The translations under genes and the position numbers were made by a program. DNA of 62,571 nt, filler included, from Piptocephalis cylindrospora (Eukaryota), in assembly GCA_003614145.1 (NCBI GenBank). It is 20 parts of 20 records of this genome, joined end to end, with 100 filler letters (N's around TTAATTAATTAA, not from the genome) between each part and the next. Parts side by side here need not be neighbours in the genome. Positions count along the whole stretch, not along the records: positions 25,203 to 28,251 come from KZ988765.1; positions 28,352 to 31,396 come from KZ988766.1; positions 31,497 to 34,541 come from KZ988767.1; positions 34,642 to 37,681 come from KZ988768.1; 16 more parts are not named here. One strand, given 5' to 3'. The notes below the pieces were generated by a model that had not been told where the DNA came from, did no database searches, and was given only the letters and a program-made list of their open reading frames with translations. Shown in pieces: positions 26,056 through 37,781 of this stretch; position 1 is the stretch's first letter; each line of letters opens with the position of its first letter.

Positions 26056-27159
26056 TTACTTTTTCAAAAAGTTCATCAACATACCGGGCATTCCTCCGCC
26101 CGAACCTCCTCCCTGCTGCTGTCCTTGATTGTTGCCGTGACCCCCACCGCTGTTACCAGCCAGGGATCCCAAAGCTCCCATTAGTCCACCAGCCCCTCCT
26201 CCTCCTCCACCGCCCTGATGTTGCCCTTGACCCTGATGATTACCGCCTCCTCCACCAGCTAGGGAGCCAAGGGTTCCCATCAGCCCACCGGAGCCTCCAC
26301 CTTGATTCTGACCCTGGCCCTGTTGGTTGTAGCCACCTCCCTGCTGCTGGTTGTAACCTCCACCGCCTTGCTGGGGGTTGTAGCCGCCTCCTTGCTGGGG
26401 GTTGTAACCTCCGCCTTGCTGGGGGTTGTAACCTCCACCTTGCTGCTGGTTGTAACCTCCGCCTTGTTGCTGGTTGTAACCTCCGCCTTGTTGCTGTTGG
26501 TTTCCTCCGTGGCTTCCTCCACCGCTTCCTCCAGTAAAGGCGGCACCCATGGCAGCCAAGCTACCCATACCGCCGCCACCTCCACCGCCGCTACCTCCAC
26601 CACCCATCTTCATCTGGACAATCTTCATGATGGCGGCCTGGACCACGTTAGACTTACTACCTTGACCGCCCTGAGACTGGAAGAGTTTTGTGGCCTCGGA
26701 CATGGCCATGCCCATGAGCTGGTTGTTGCCGCCCTGACCACCCTGAGACTTGAACATATTCATGGCCTGCATGGCAGCCGCGCCACCAAGGGCCTTTTCG
26801 GAGAACTGTTGGCCCCCACCGCCGCCAGAGCCACCCTGGTTGTAGATTTGCTGATGTGCACGGGAAGTCTCGTGATCATCGTTGTCGTCATGGCCGGATG
26901 AGCCCTGCATACGGTCCTGGGCCTGGGAGAGCATACTTTGGAAGAAGGAAGCATTCTCGCCATGGCCGGCCTCACGAGCAGCAACCTCGTGGGCCTCATG
27001 ATTACCGCCACTGGACTGGCCGTAATTTCCAGAGTTTCCTTGATAGCCTCCACCACCACCACCACCACCTTGGTAGCTGTTGTTTTCACCCTGGGCATAT
27101 CCACCGCCTTGCTGGTAGCCACCAGACTGATCGTACTGTTGAGATTGACCGTAGTTCAT
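26056..27159 (-). CDS. Gly/Gln/Asn-rich protein with a fungal GAAAMQA helical core and QQGGGYN repeats
   Basis: Intact 367-aa ORF with core ALGGAAAMQAMNMF...LMGMAMSEATKLF. TATAAA on the minus strand near 27270. Confidence 0.85.
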   Translation of the reverse strand: MNYGQSQQYDQSGGYQQGGGYAQGENNSYQGGGGGGGGYQGNSGNYGQSSGGNHEAHEVAAREAGHGENASFFQSMLSQAQDRMQGSSGHDDNDDHETSRAHQQIYNQGGSGGGGGQQFSEKALGGAAAMQAMNMFKSQGGQGGNNQLMGMAMSEATKLFQSQGGQGSKSNVVQAAIMKIVQMKMGGGGSGGGGGGGMGSLAAMGAAFTGGSGGGSHGGNQQQQGGGYNQQQGGGYNQQQGGGYNPQQGGGYNPQQGGGYNPQQGGGGYNQQQGGGYNQQGQGQNQGGGSGGLMGTLGSLAGGGGGNHQGQGQHQGGGGGGGAGGLMGALGSLAGNSGGGHGNNQGQQQGGGSGGGMPGMLMNFLKK

Positions 27160-27994
27160 AGTGAAGGAGGAGGGAAAAAGGAGAAAGAAGGAGACGGAAT
27201 TGGGAGAGGAAGGGAGATGGAGTGGATGGGTGGAAAGAGATGTTCTAGATGAGGTGGGAGATGATGGTATTTATAGCCTTGTTGCATGGAACGCGCCCGC
27301 TACATTGACTAAATTTGACCACACTAGCTGACTTGACATCCTTAGCAGTGTGGACACGAGGGCGGAGGTCATTCATCCATTTGACGTCACACTGTGTGCC
27401 AAGCCCTACTGCACAATCTGACTTGACTCCAGAGTGAGGGGTGTGAGCCGGTGGGTCCTATTGACCTTGACTGAGAGACGCGACCTATTGTCTGCCACGT
27501 ATGGGTACTCACTGATCCTTTTGGTCCGATGAGGAGAGATCGGCTGGGAGGCCTTCTAGTCGCGATCTCCCTTCCACGCATAGATTCCATCTAAGGACAT
27601 CACATGTGCTCGCGGTGACACCATAGTGATGATCGTCTCGAGTGGAGCTTGGCGCTCGTGGCGCTGCTGCTGTTTCCCTAATGGACTAATGCACCATGAT
27701 GGAGCTCCTGTAGGGAGAGAAAAGCAAGGGAGATCTCGTCAAATGGAGCAATATGCTATCTGTACTGTCGTCTATGTTGCATATAGCATAGAATATTCCG
27801 ATCTTGATCAATCGACGGGTTTCATAGAATTCACCAGTGTGTTTCATCGAGGTTCATATAATCATCACTCATTCATCATCCCTTCCCGCATCCACGCCAT
27901 CATACGCATATTCCCATTCTTGCTCTTCCCTTTCATCATCCAAGATCCAATCCCTTACCATGCCAAACATGATCCCTTCTGATCGTGCCCATCC

Positions 27995-28251
27995 TTACTG
28001 AGGGCGGGAGTTGCGGTACAAGGCTTCCTGGGTCACCTGAATCTCGTCAATCTCGGGCGCCAGATCCCGAAGAAGGTTATGGGCCTGTTCGTGGAAGGCA
28101 AGCTGAGCGGCAACCAGATCAGCAAGGTTCCTCAGGGGCTCGGGATCCTCCATGACAACCTTCATTAGGGTCATGGCCTCCTCGACTAAAGCGACAAATT
28201 GATCCTCGGCCTGTTCCACTTCTGGTCGGATGGCATCCTTCTTGTCTTCGC
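27995..28251 (-). CDS. GVP36: Gvp36-like BAR-domain protein, C-terminal end
   Basis: EQAEDQFVALVEEA...PEPLRNLADLVAAQLAFH...QEALYR. Confidence 0.8.
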
Positions 28252-28351
28252 NNNNNNNNNNNNNNNNNNNNNNNNNNNNNNNNNNNNNNNNNNNNTTAAT
28301 TAATTAANNNNNNNNNNNNNNNNNNNNNNNNNNNNNNNNNNNNNNNNNNNN

Positions 28352-29938
28352 GCCCCGCTCTCCCCCGAGGACGCCATGACCAGCGCATACATGAAATTGA
28401 ACAACACCAAGATTGACGAATTTGAAATCCATCTGTCCCCCCACCATTCCACGCCCTCCCGACAAAGGGTGACCCCAGACATTGCCTCCACCCATGAACG
28501 CCTCATCCGGGATGCGGAAAGGGCCATGGAATGCATCCGAACCATGGATGCCCAGATCCGGGATGCTCCCGTGGAAGGGGGGGAGGAGGGTGCTGGAACG
28601 AGGGGTGATGGGGAGGATGGATCTGGACTCATCCCGGAGCCCTCGAACAAGTACGATGGGGAAAGCCTGGTCAAGGCCACGGTGGAAAGGGCGCTTCGGG
28701 ACCGAGAGGAGGCCGAGGCCGGTGAGGCAGGGCCCGAGGGCAAGACACTGTGGAAGTGCAAGAAACGGGTGGACCTGGCCATTTGGTACCTCCGTAAGGT
28801 GCACATCTTTTGCTATTATTGCTGTGTAGCATGTGAGAGCGTGGATGAATTGGAACGTCGGTGCCCCGATGCCCATGTTCGGTACAGGCTGTCAGAGGAT
28901 CGCGCCATCTCTAATCAGCCCACTGGGGAGCCTCGTCCCACGTCCTCTTCCTCAACCTCGACCTCCTCTTCCTCCAAGTCCAATCAAAGCCAGAATGGGG
29001 AGGGATGGGTTCGGTCGTGCGAGGGAAAGTTGGCGTACTTTACTCGACCAGCCGATGAGGTACCGGACGTGTGGAAGCACATTGTCAAGCTTGAGGAGGG
29101 CCGGTACGGGTGTCGGGGCTGCCCCAAGCAGTTTGCCGGGCCCGAATTTGTGACGAAGCATCTATTGAAGAAGCACAAAATCGGCGGGACGACGGTGGGA
29201 GCCCTGACCGGTGGGTTGGTAGAGGCGAATTTTTTTAACAACTACCTTCGGGACCCCAATCGGCTCATGCCCAATTCCGGAATGGACCGATCGACGATGA
29301 ACACCGCCTCCTCTTCTTCCTCCTCTTCGGCAACGACAGCCTATGGGATGGGGATGATGATGGGAGGAGGTGGTGGTGGTGGAGCTGGAGGGCATGGTGG
29401 GGTCTCTGGCCCACCCGGGGGAGGAGGAGGGATGATGATGCCCTTTATGCACATGCCCGGTCAGACTCAAGGAAGCGGACCGATGCACTTTCCCATGGGT
29501 GGCGCGGGAGGGACTCCTGGGTCCATGATGAATCCTCAGGTCATGGGTTTTCCCTACATGTCCCCCATGCCCTTCACCTACCCTGGTCATTCCCAGCCTA
29601 CAGGATCCGAGACGCCCTCCACCTCGGCTTCCTCCCCATCCTCCTCCTCGTTTATTCAAGCAGCGCCCCAGGGAACACCACTGGACCAGATTCCCAGGAT
29701 GGGCTTTGGAGATGGTGGAGGAATGGTGGCGCCTCCTCAGATGTTCTTCATGGGTGGGATGCCCATGAATCCAGCGGCTATGGCGGCCATGCAACAGCAA
29801 CAGCAGCAGGCATTTCAACGGCAACAGCCTTCTTCCTCCCAAGGAGGTGGAGGTGGGTCTAGGGATCCACGGGGAGTGAGGAGCTATGTGGATTTGGATG
29901 CTCCTGCCTCCGGGGACATTCCATTGAATTATGGATGA
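28352..29938 (+). CDS. ARS2: SERRATE/Ars2 C-terminal half
   Basis: YLRKVHIFCYYC, C2H2 finger CRGCPKQF...KHLLKKH, FFNNYLRDPNR and terminal DPRGVRSYVDLDAP. Confidence 0.92.
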   Translation, partial: APLSPEDAMTSAYMKLNNTKIDEFEIHLSPHHSTPSRQRVTPDIASTHERLIRDAERAMECIRTMDAQIRDAPVEGGEEGAGTRGDGEDGSGLIPEPSNKYDGESLVKATVERALRDREEAEAGEAGPEGKTLWKCKKRVDLAIWYLRKVHIFCYYCCVACESVDELERRCPDAHVRYRLSEDRAISNQPTGEPRPTSSSSTSTSSSSKSNQSQNGEGWVRSCEGKLAYFTRPADEVPDVWKHIVKLEEGRYGCRGCPKQFAGPEFVTKHLLKKHKIGGTTVGALTGGLVEANFFNNYLRDPNRLMPNSGMDRSTMNTASSSSSSSATTAYGMGMMMGGGGGGGAGGHGGVSGPPGGGGGMMMPFMHMPGQTQGSGPMHFPMGGAGGTPGSMMNPQVMGFPYMSPMPFTYPGHSQPTGSETPSTSASSPSSSSFIQAAPQGTPLDQIPRMGFGDGGGMVAPPQMFFMGGMPMNPAAMAAMQQQQQQAFQRQQPSSSQGGGGGSRDPRGVRSYVDLDAPASGDIPLNYG

Positions 29939-31496
29939 GCGAAAAGAGTGGAGTTGGAGGAAAGGAGGGGTGGTGAGAACGTGAGAGAAGGGAGAGGGAG
30001 GAAGGAAATGCATTATATAGGTTTTCAATGACATGTGCTAGTGGCTTTGCTTAGAGGATAGAGAATCTCTGATGGTTTGGAATGCCACAAGGCATAATGT
30101 AGGGGGAGATACTCCTCGTCCAATCGTTGAGTTTATTTTGTTGGTAGTAAACAACGAAATGCGTTGGGAAAATTACAATCCTTTTTTTCCTAATCGTTGG
30201 GTTTGTTTTGCTCAAGAAGAGAAAGGCAAATGATAATACGAAAAATAAATGAAAGTAGTAGTAAAACCATTCCATTTTCCCCAGGCGAGGTAGGCTTTAG
30301 GGTTGTCCGAGCACAGTACCCAAAATAAATGAAATGTATGCTTTTATTTCGCGTTCTTTGCATTCCTTCCATCATGAGAGATGTCTCCCACCTACATTGT
30401 TCTCCCCCACTCACCAGCTCTTTAACCCCCTTTCCCCTTGCAAAACACAGTCTTGAATATGTGTACGTGGGACCTCGAGAGATAAGGAGAGCCCAGACGA
30501 ATTCACGCCCAGTCTTAATAGCAGCATTCTGTAAACCAATCTATGTTCGGGGTCTGTGTCCTTAAGCTAGTGTGTGTTCACACGACCCTCACACGATCCA
30601 TCGTAGAGAGATAAAGGAGGTTGTCTTAACTGGTTCACCTCTCTCTCCCTCGGTTTATCCTTGCCCGCTTTCTCATCTAGAAAAAGGTCAGCCTCTTTCT
30701 CTTGTCGTCATTTCTGCTTACACAGCGGAGACCGCATATCTCAGGGACCGACATCACTACGGCTACAACGAGGATAACAATATGAATAGGATATGACAAT
30801 GATAAAGGGTTCCACCGAAAGAATATATCTCTACTGCTGCCATAGATGATGGTTTGATTGGATGGGGCCCATCCATGTGTGTCATTTACCACTCCATCAT
30901 CTCCCAGCCTGCTCTAGAGCAAGCGCACACACACATACCAGGGGAGTGTCACTGCTGATGTAAAAGGGGGCGTGTAGAGATGTGCTCCAGATTAAGTGTA
31001 TAACGGCAGCAATAACAGTGATACAATCCCAGTCAGTCAGTGACCTGTCTCTCTTCCCTTGACATTCACACACGCGTATCCTTCCGTGTGTCTCACATGG
31101 TGTTCCTGGCCTTTTCCTGGCCATGTCATGGCTAGGGCCATTCATCACTCCTCTTCAACGTGAACCTCGCTCCTCGGTCTAAGATATCTCCCCATTCCCC
31201 CCTCCCCTTTTTTTTGGTGCCACCACCACCACCACTGCCCGCATCCACGTAGGGTGCAAGCATCTTCCTCCTTGGCATAGGGGAGGGGGAGGGATCAGGA
31301 CGGTTTCAAGGGTGTGTGGGCCTCCCTCGCCCTCACAAAGACCGGGGATGGGTGTATACGTGTGTATGTGTGTGGGCGCTTGTCAATAAATGTTGGNNNN
31401 NNNNNNNNNNNNNNNNNNNNNNNNNNNNNNNNNNNNNNNNTTAATTAATTAANNNNNNNNNNNNNNNNNNNNNNNNNNNNNNNNNNNNNNNNNNNN

Positions 31497-32000
31497 CCTC
31501 CATCTCTCCCGCACGTCCTCCTCCATCTCTCCCGCACGTCCTCCTCCATCTTTCCACCGCCCCCTTCATAGATCCGTCATTCCCCCGTCATGCTCATGTC
31601 GCCCCGCTCCCTCGCCATGTTTCTGCCCTTGGCTTTGACTCTCTCTCTCGCTCTGAATGATGCGGTGCAAGCAGCTGTACTCATCCCGTGGTACCATAAC
31701 CCTGTCCCATCCTCACCACCACGCCAGGAACCCCAGGGTTTCCCTTCCGAACCTATCCCTTCTCCCTCTGTCCCCACCATTGTCAGTCCGACCGAGCCTG
31801 TGGCAGGACGACCACCTGCTGGTAGCTTTTACCCCACACAAGGATGAGTACAAACTCCCTCATGCCCCATCCCCTCTTCCCCCATTGATGTTCAATACAA
31901 CCACGCCACGTTTCCTCGCAATTCATCTTGATCAATTCACTCACAAAAGCACACACGCACACACAAAAAAGCACAAAAAGAAGTACTTCCCCTAGCAGCC
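31497..32000. repeat. Left arm of a 504-bp perfect inverted repeat (partner 34038-34541)
   Basis: Exact reverse complement, including a 23-bp tandem unit and a small ORF. Confidence 0.95.
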
Positions 32001-34046
32001 ACTACTCCGTCGACCTCTGGAGGTATGTTTGGAGGGGCAGCCACTACCCCATCCACCTCTGCTGGGGGTATGTTTGGAGGGGCAGCTGCCCCTGCATCCT
32101 CTGGTGGCTTGTTTGGATCGGTGGCTACTCCAGTCACCTCGACTGGGGGAGGTAGCCTCTTTGGGGCCTCTTCCACATCTTCCAGCGCCCCTAAAGGGAC
32201 TTTTGGGTCTACATCAGCGACATCAACTGGAAATCTCTTTGGTGCTAGCGCCACTTCGACTACCGCTGCTCCTACCACTGGGATGTTTGGAGCTGGAGCA
32301 GCCTCCCCCGCTACCTCCACAGCTACTCCTTCTACCACGGTTTCAGCCACTAAGGGCCTTTTTGGGGCCAGCCCTGCATCCTCTTCTGCTGGGAGCCTCT
32401 TTGGGACTACGCCTGCCGCACCCACCGCAGGCCTCTTTGGGACCAGTGCCTCTCCAAGCTCGTCAAACACGGCAGCTCCTGCAACTTCCGCAGCTACTGC
32501 GGCCCCTTCCTCGGGAGGAATGTTTGGAGCGACAGCCAGTTCGGGGTCTGCTCCCTCTGGGGGTATTTTCGGTGTCGCAGCCCCTACACCAGCCGCTTCC
32601 AAGGCCCAAGAGAGTGTATCTCCTGCTACAAATGCACCTAAATTCGCCTTTGGTGGGGGCGCAACGACCTCGGTTGGAAATAGCTCAGTCCCTATTACCA
32701 ACGCGCCCGCTACGGCTCCAGCAGCTCCATCTCTCTTTGGAGGCGTTGGTGGGGTCTCTGGAGGGTCTTTTGGGGGGGGCCAAGATGACTTCAACTCCCG
32801 GAACCTCCTCTGCTGGAACTGTCCCTGGAAACCTTTTCGGTGGTACGTCTACGATGAACTTGGGTAATTTTGATGATGGAAGGACTAATTTGTTTGATAA
32901 CTGCTTCCTGTTCTCTTGGTTCTGTGGATGTGGTGGATTTTTTTAGGTCAAGATAAGGGAAAAAGTCCTGCTACATCTACTCCAATCTCGAGCGCTCCCA
33001 GCACATCTGCTGGTAGGTCACGAGGGATTATTATTTATTTGCTTATTCATCTCCCACTCACTTTCTTTTTGACGGGATGGGTAATCCTCTAGGCGGTTCG
33101 GGAACCACAGCTTCTGCTTCATCCTTTTCCTTTGGGAGCAAGACCACTGCCACCTCTACCCCTTCCGTAGGGGCGACCATTTCTGCCACGACCGGGGATG
33201 GTAAAGCATCTAGGTATGTGAGAGAAGTGTTTGCTGAAAGAAGGATACTTTTTTTTGACTCAACTCGTCTCATTCTCGCTGTGATTTCCCAGTCTATTTG
33301 CTCCTACTACTTCCGCCCCCACCACCTCCGCTCCTGCCATCCCCGCTTCCGCGGCGCCTGCCACCTCTACAGTACCTGCCCCCAATACTCTCACAGTTCC
33401 GGGAACTGGAGTGGAAAAGACCAGGGAAATCTCAGTGAAGGAACTGGACCGACTCAAGGGAAAGACTTTGATGCAGATCTTTTCGCAATGGGCCTCGGAG
33501 CTGGATGCAGAGACGGTGGAGTTTCATCAACAGGCCAAGAGACTCATGGAACAAGATGTGCAACTGATCCAAGATAGTAAGAGGATCCATGACCTATACG
33601 AGGAAGTGCTTAAACTGGAAATGACAGCCAAGGAGACGGACGAGGCCCTGGATTACGCTGAAGGCCTTCAGCGGGATACCTCTGAGGCCCTGGAATCATA
33701 TACATCCCAAGTCCAGACTCTTGTATCCTCTCACCCGAAGAGACAGGGCCAGACCTTGGCGGACCAGGAACGGGAGCGGGCCCTGGATTTGGCCAAGGGC
33801 ACGAATGGGCAGTTGGAGGAGATGCGCCGATCACTCGTGGGTTTGGCAGACGAGGTGAACGATCTTTCTTCCATGCAGCACGAGGGTCTGGCCCAAGGGC
33901 CTATGGAGCAATTAGTGGAGATTCTGGATGCTCACCTAACCAGTCTTCAGTGGGTGGAGCGAGAGGGGCAGGAGTTAGAGGCCAAGGTGGCTCACGCTGA
34001 GATGGAGTGCCAGCGAGTGATTCATGGCCATGGTCGCGGCTGCTAG
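32001..34046 (+). CDS. NSP1: Nucleoporin Nsp1/Nup62 (FG repeats plus coiled coil), 5'-truncated, with an apparent frameshift at the G-run ~32772-32779
   Basis: Many G(M/L)FG repeats; LKGKTLMQIFSQW...ADQERERA...ILDAHLTSLQWVE. Introns at ~32864-32946, 33013-33091 and one ending ~33292. Confidence 0.9.
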
Positions 34047-34541
34047 GGGAAGTACTTCTTTTTGTGCTTTTTTGTGTGTGCGTGTGTGCTTTTGTGAGTG
34101 AATTGATCAAGATGAATTGCGAGGAAACGTGGCGTGGTTGTATTGAACATCAATGGGGGAAGAGGGGATGGGGCATGAGGGAGTTTGTACTCATCCTTGT
34201 GTGGGGTAAAAGCTACCAGCAGGTGGTCGTCCTGCCACAGGCTCGGTCGGACTGACAATGGTGGGGACAGAGGGAGAAGGGATAGGTTCGGAAGGGAAAC
34301 CCTGGGGTTCCTGGCGTGGTGGTGAGGATGGGACAGGGTTATGGTACCACGGGATGAGTACAGCTGCTTGCACCGCATCATTCAGAGCGAGAGAGAGAGT
34401 CAAAGCCAAGGGCAGAAACATGGCGAGGGAGCGGGGCGACATGAGCATGACGGGGGAATGACGGATCTATGAAGGGGGCGGTGGAAAGATGGAGGAGGAC
34501 GTGCGGGAGAGATGGAGGAGGACGTGCGGGAGAGATGGAGG
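34038..34541. repeat. Right arm of the 504-bp inverted repeat
   Basis: Exact reverse complement of 31497-32000. Confidence 0.95.
34191..34448 (-). CDS. Small secreted Pro-rich protein, ~85 aa (mirror copy at 31590-31847 +)
   Basis: Signal peptide (SLAMFLPLALTLSLALNDAVQA) then a P/S-rich tail; convergent with NSP1. Confidence 0.55.
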   Translation of the reverse strand: MLMSPRSLAMFLPLALTLSLALNDAVQAAVLIPWYHNPVPSSPPRQEPQGFPSEPIPSPSVPTIVSPTEPVAGRPPAGSFYPTQG

Positions 34542-34668
34542 NNNNNNNNNNNNNNNNNNNNNNNNNNNNNNNNNNNNNNNNNNNNTTAATTAATTAANNN
34601 NNNNNNNNNNNNNNNNNNNNNNNNNNNNNNNNNNNNNNNNNCTACGTACCCTTCTTTCCGCTGACCAG

Positions 34669-35229
34669 GGTAATTTGACCAAGGTCTCCACTTGGCCTGA
34701 CGAGGTGAAGAGACATCCACCCTACACCTGGAGCTACTCCTTGCATTTTATCGATATCATGGACGATCCTCCAAAAGCTTGTGGGTACCTTCGAGACCGA
34801 GATTGCCCAAAGGGTCAGTGTATTCTAGGGGCCGTGTCCAATTACACCAACCAGTTAGCCTGCTCCACCCAACAGGATCGACCACGGGATGAGGCTGTCA
34901 AATTCCTCGTCCATTTCCTCGGCGACCTGGCCCAGCCCTTGCATGCGAGCGGAAGGGCCCGAGGGGGCAACGGGGTAAATGTTACCTTTGATGGCATTTC
35001 CCAGGGCAAATATGGTCCAATGAATCTTCACACCGTGTGGGACTCAATGATCCTGGAAAAGCGCATCGCCGCCCCTCCCTTTTACGGGTCTTTCCTTCGG
35101 TATAAAGAGTACCTCTTACAGTCTATCAGCACACTGTATGCGAAAAAGTCACTTGGCTGGCTTTGTAGATGGGTGGGAGAGAGTGTGTGTGAGAGAGGGA
35201 GTAGGGAGGCCAGGCAGAGCTTAGTGTGA
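34669..35229 (+). CDS. S1/P1 nuclease internal fragment
   Basis: STWPDE, LHFID, KFLVHFLGDLAQPLH, GGN and NLHTVWD metal-ligand motifs. N- and C-terminal parts are absent. Confidence 0.9.
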   Translation, partial: GNLTKVSTWPDEVKRHPPYTWSYSLHFIDIMDDPPKACGYLRDRDCPKGQCILGAVSNYTNQLACSTQQDRPRDEAVKFLVHFLGDLAQPLHASGRARGGNGVNVTFDGISQGKYGPMNLHTVWDSMILEKRIAAPPFYGSFLRYKEYLLQSISTLYAKKSLGWLCRWVGESVCERGSREARQSLV

Positions 35230-35878
35230 AGCGGACAGCCTAAGGGGGTGGGGACTCGTGTCGTGGTTCCCGCACATACGTGCTTGCCTTCCATGTCCGA
35301 CTCTCCCCTCCCGCCTTGCCCACATAGGCCCAGGCTCCGCCATGCTTGCCACAACTCGTCGGCCCTGGCCCTGGGTGTCGCACTGAAAGGGCCTGGGTAC
35401 GGGAATTGGGTATCTGACTCCGACTGGCTCTCTTCCATTCTCCTGAAATGGCAGGGCAAAGGGGTTTATTTTGCACTTGAATACGTTTTGGAAGACATGG
35501 ACCAAAATGGGCGTTTGTTGAGATGAAATAGCCGCTCTAGCTATGGCTAGTCAAGGGGTGGGTAACATTCAAATAGAGGCATAGTTTAATAATCGAAAGC
35601 TACCCAAATGGGGAGGAGAGAAGGAATGATGGCTACAGCATATACCTCAATACCGCAATGCTCCAATCGATCCATTTTCCACCTCTCAGCTCAGCTCATC
35701 CCGGGCCGATCCTTTTATCGCCTCCACCCAGCCCACTGAGGGGTTACCTGCCTCATCTCAACCGTCAGCTCCCGTTGGTCAAACTCAGCCCCAATCAGCC
35801 CCTCATTTCCTCCCTCAGCAGGATGATTTCCCTGATCTGAGTATACAGCAAACCACTGCTCCCACAAGGAGCGACAGT

Positions 35879-37681
35879 TTGACTAGCGCTCAAGCACCTG
35901 TTGGGTATGGACAGCTCGCTACGGGTTATGCCCCTAACGCGGTTGGATATGATCAATCGACGATGATGGGCTATTCTCAACAAACAACCCAAGATTACCG
36001 ACAGACACCATCTGGGTATGGTCAGACTGCTCAAGGCTCCGGCCAGATATCTACTGTGGGGTATGGACAGAGTGCTGCTGGGTACGGACAGCAGCCGACC
36101 CCTACGTATGGACAATCTGGTACCACCGGGTACACCCAACAAGACTCTACTGGTTATGGTCAGCAGGCCCCCACGTATCCTGCCGCCACTGGCTATGGTA
36201 CTACTCAGACTGGAAGTGCTTACTTACCACAAGCGCCTGTACCTGCCCAACCCTATGGTCCCGCCTCTACCACAGGTTACGGTGCGGCCCCTACCACAGG
36301 TTATGGCACGGCCCCTACCACAGGTTATGGCGTGGCTCCTACTCCAGGATATGGTGCAGCTTCTACTCCAGGATACGGAGCAGCTCCTTATGCATATGGC
36401 GTCTCGTCCTCCGCTTCAGCTGCGCCTCCGGTCCCGTCCGTTCAACCCAACGCCTCAGCCCCCACCAAAGCTTATGCCTTTGATGCCCCAGAAGATGTAG
36501 ATTATGGTACAGGGCGGAGTAGGAAATCCACCATGAATAGTACCACTGGTCCCCCACCCATTCCTATCAACCCAGCTTATGCGACGACTCAGCCTGTTCC
36601 CCCGGGTGGAGCCAGCACCTCGGCCACATCCCTTCCGGGCTACGGGCAACCTCCTTCGTCTATCCCCCCTCCTCCGCGAACCTCGAGTCGCACTCCTCGG
36701 CCCTCTAGCAGGACCTCCTCTCATGGTGGGCTAAGTGGGGGTGGGGGTAGTTCTTATGCCTTTGACGCCCCGGATGACCTGTACTCTGGGGGGAAGAGTC
36801 GACGAACCTCTCGACAAACTTCCAGCCATTCCATCTCTACCGCTGGTCATGGTAAGCACTATTGCTAAATTATGTGTTTGTGCTGTGTTATCAGGGATTG
36901 TGAAATTATCTCACTCTTCGGCTCACCTTTACGACTCTATCACTTTTCAGGACCCCATGATCAGGGGTATGCGGAACCTCCGAGAGGGTCTACACCCACT
37001 TCCCCTCATTACGGGGCTCCTCCAGCTCAGACAGGTTATCAGAGTCAAGGCATTCCTACCTCCGCCCCTCGCCCTGGATCATCCCCCTACGCTTCCCCAT
37101 ACGCTCAGCCGGCCTCTATGACATCTGCTCAGCCTCCCCAGCCTTCTGCTTATGATAATTCAACGTCCACATATGGGCAGTCGACTGGGCCTTACGGCCA
37201 GTCATCGGATCCTTCGGTTCAAACCTCAACCCCTTATAATCAGCCTGCTGGATCATATGATCAAGTGTCCACTCCCTACAATCAACCCTCGGGATTCCAC
37301 GGACAGGCCTCAGGACCGTATAATCAACCCATGGGGACCAATGCACAAGCCTCCGGATCGTACAGCCAGCCTTCAGGAGCCAGTATGCAAGTTTCAAGCC
37401 CATATGCCCAACCAGCGAATGCATATGATCAGCCTCCGAGCTCGTATAACCAGCCTTCCGGGCAATATGGCCAATCCGCCGGCCCGTACAATCAACCGTC
37501 AAGCCCTCAGACTCATGCACCAGGTTCGTATGGTCAAACTCAAGATCCTTACAACCAAACTCAAGGTCCTTACGGCCAGATGCCCGGGAGTCCAGCTCAT
37601 CCCTCGCTTCCGCCCAGTGTCCAAGCTCCGCTTGGTCCTCCTCAGGCTCAGGCTCCTTACTCTCCTGTCAGGGATGGTTCA
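35879..37681 (+). CDS. Y/G/Q/S/P low-complexity repeat protein (2 exons, intron ~36852-36950), both ends uncertain
   Basis: More than 550 codons of open frame with GYGQ, octad and heptad repeats; canonical GTAAGC...TTTTCAG intron. Confidence 0.75.
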
Positions 37682-37781
37682 NNNNNNNNNNNNNNNNNNN
37701 NNNNNNNNNNNNNNNNNNNNNNNNNTTAATTAATTAANNNNNNNNNNNNNNNNNNNNNNNNNNNNNNNNNNNNNNNNNNNN

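Noticed and set aside
32772..32779. Frame change in NSP1 as a programmed frameshift
   Set aside because: It falls in a G homopolymer, so an indel error is far more likely.
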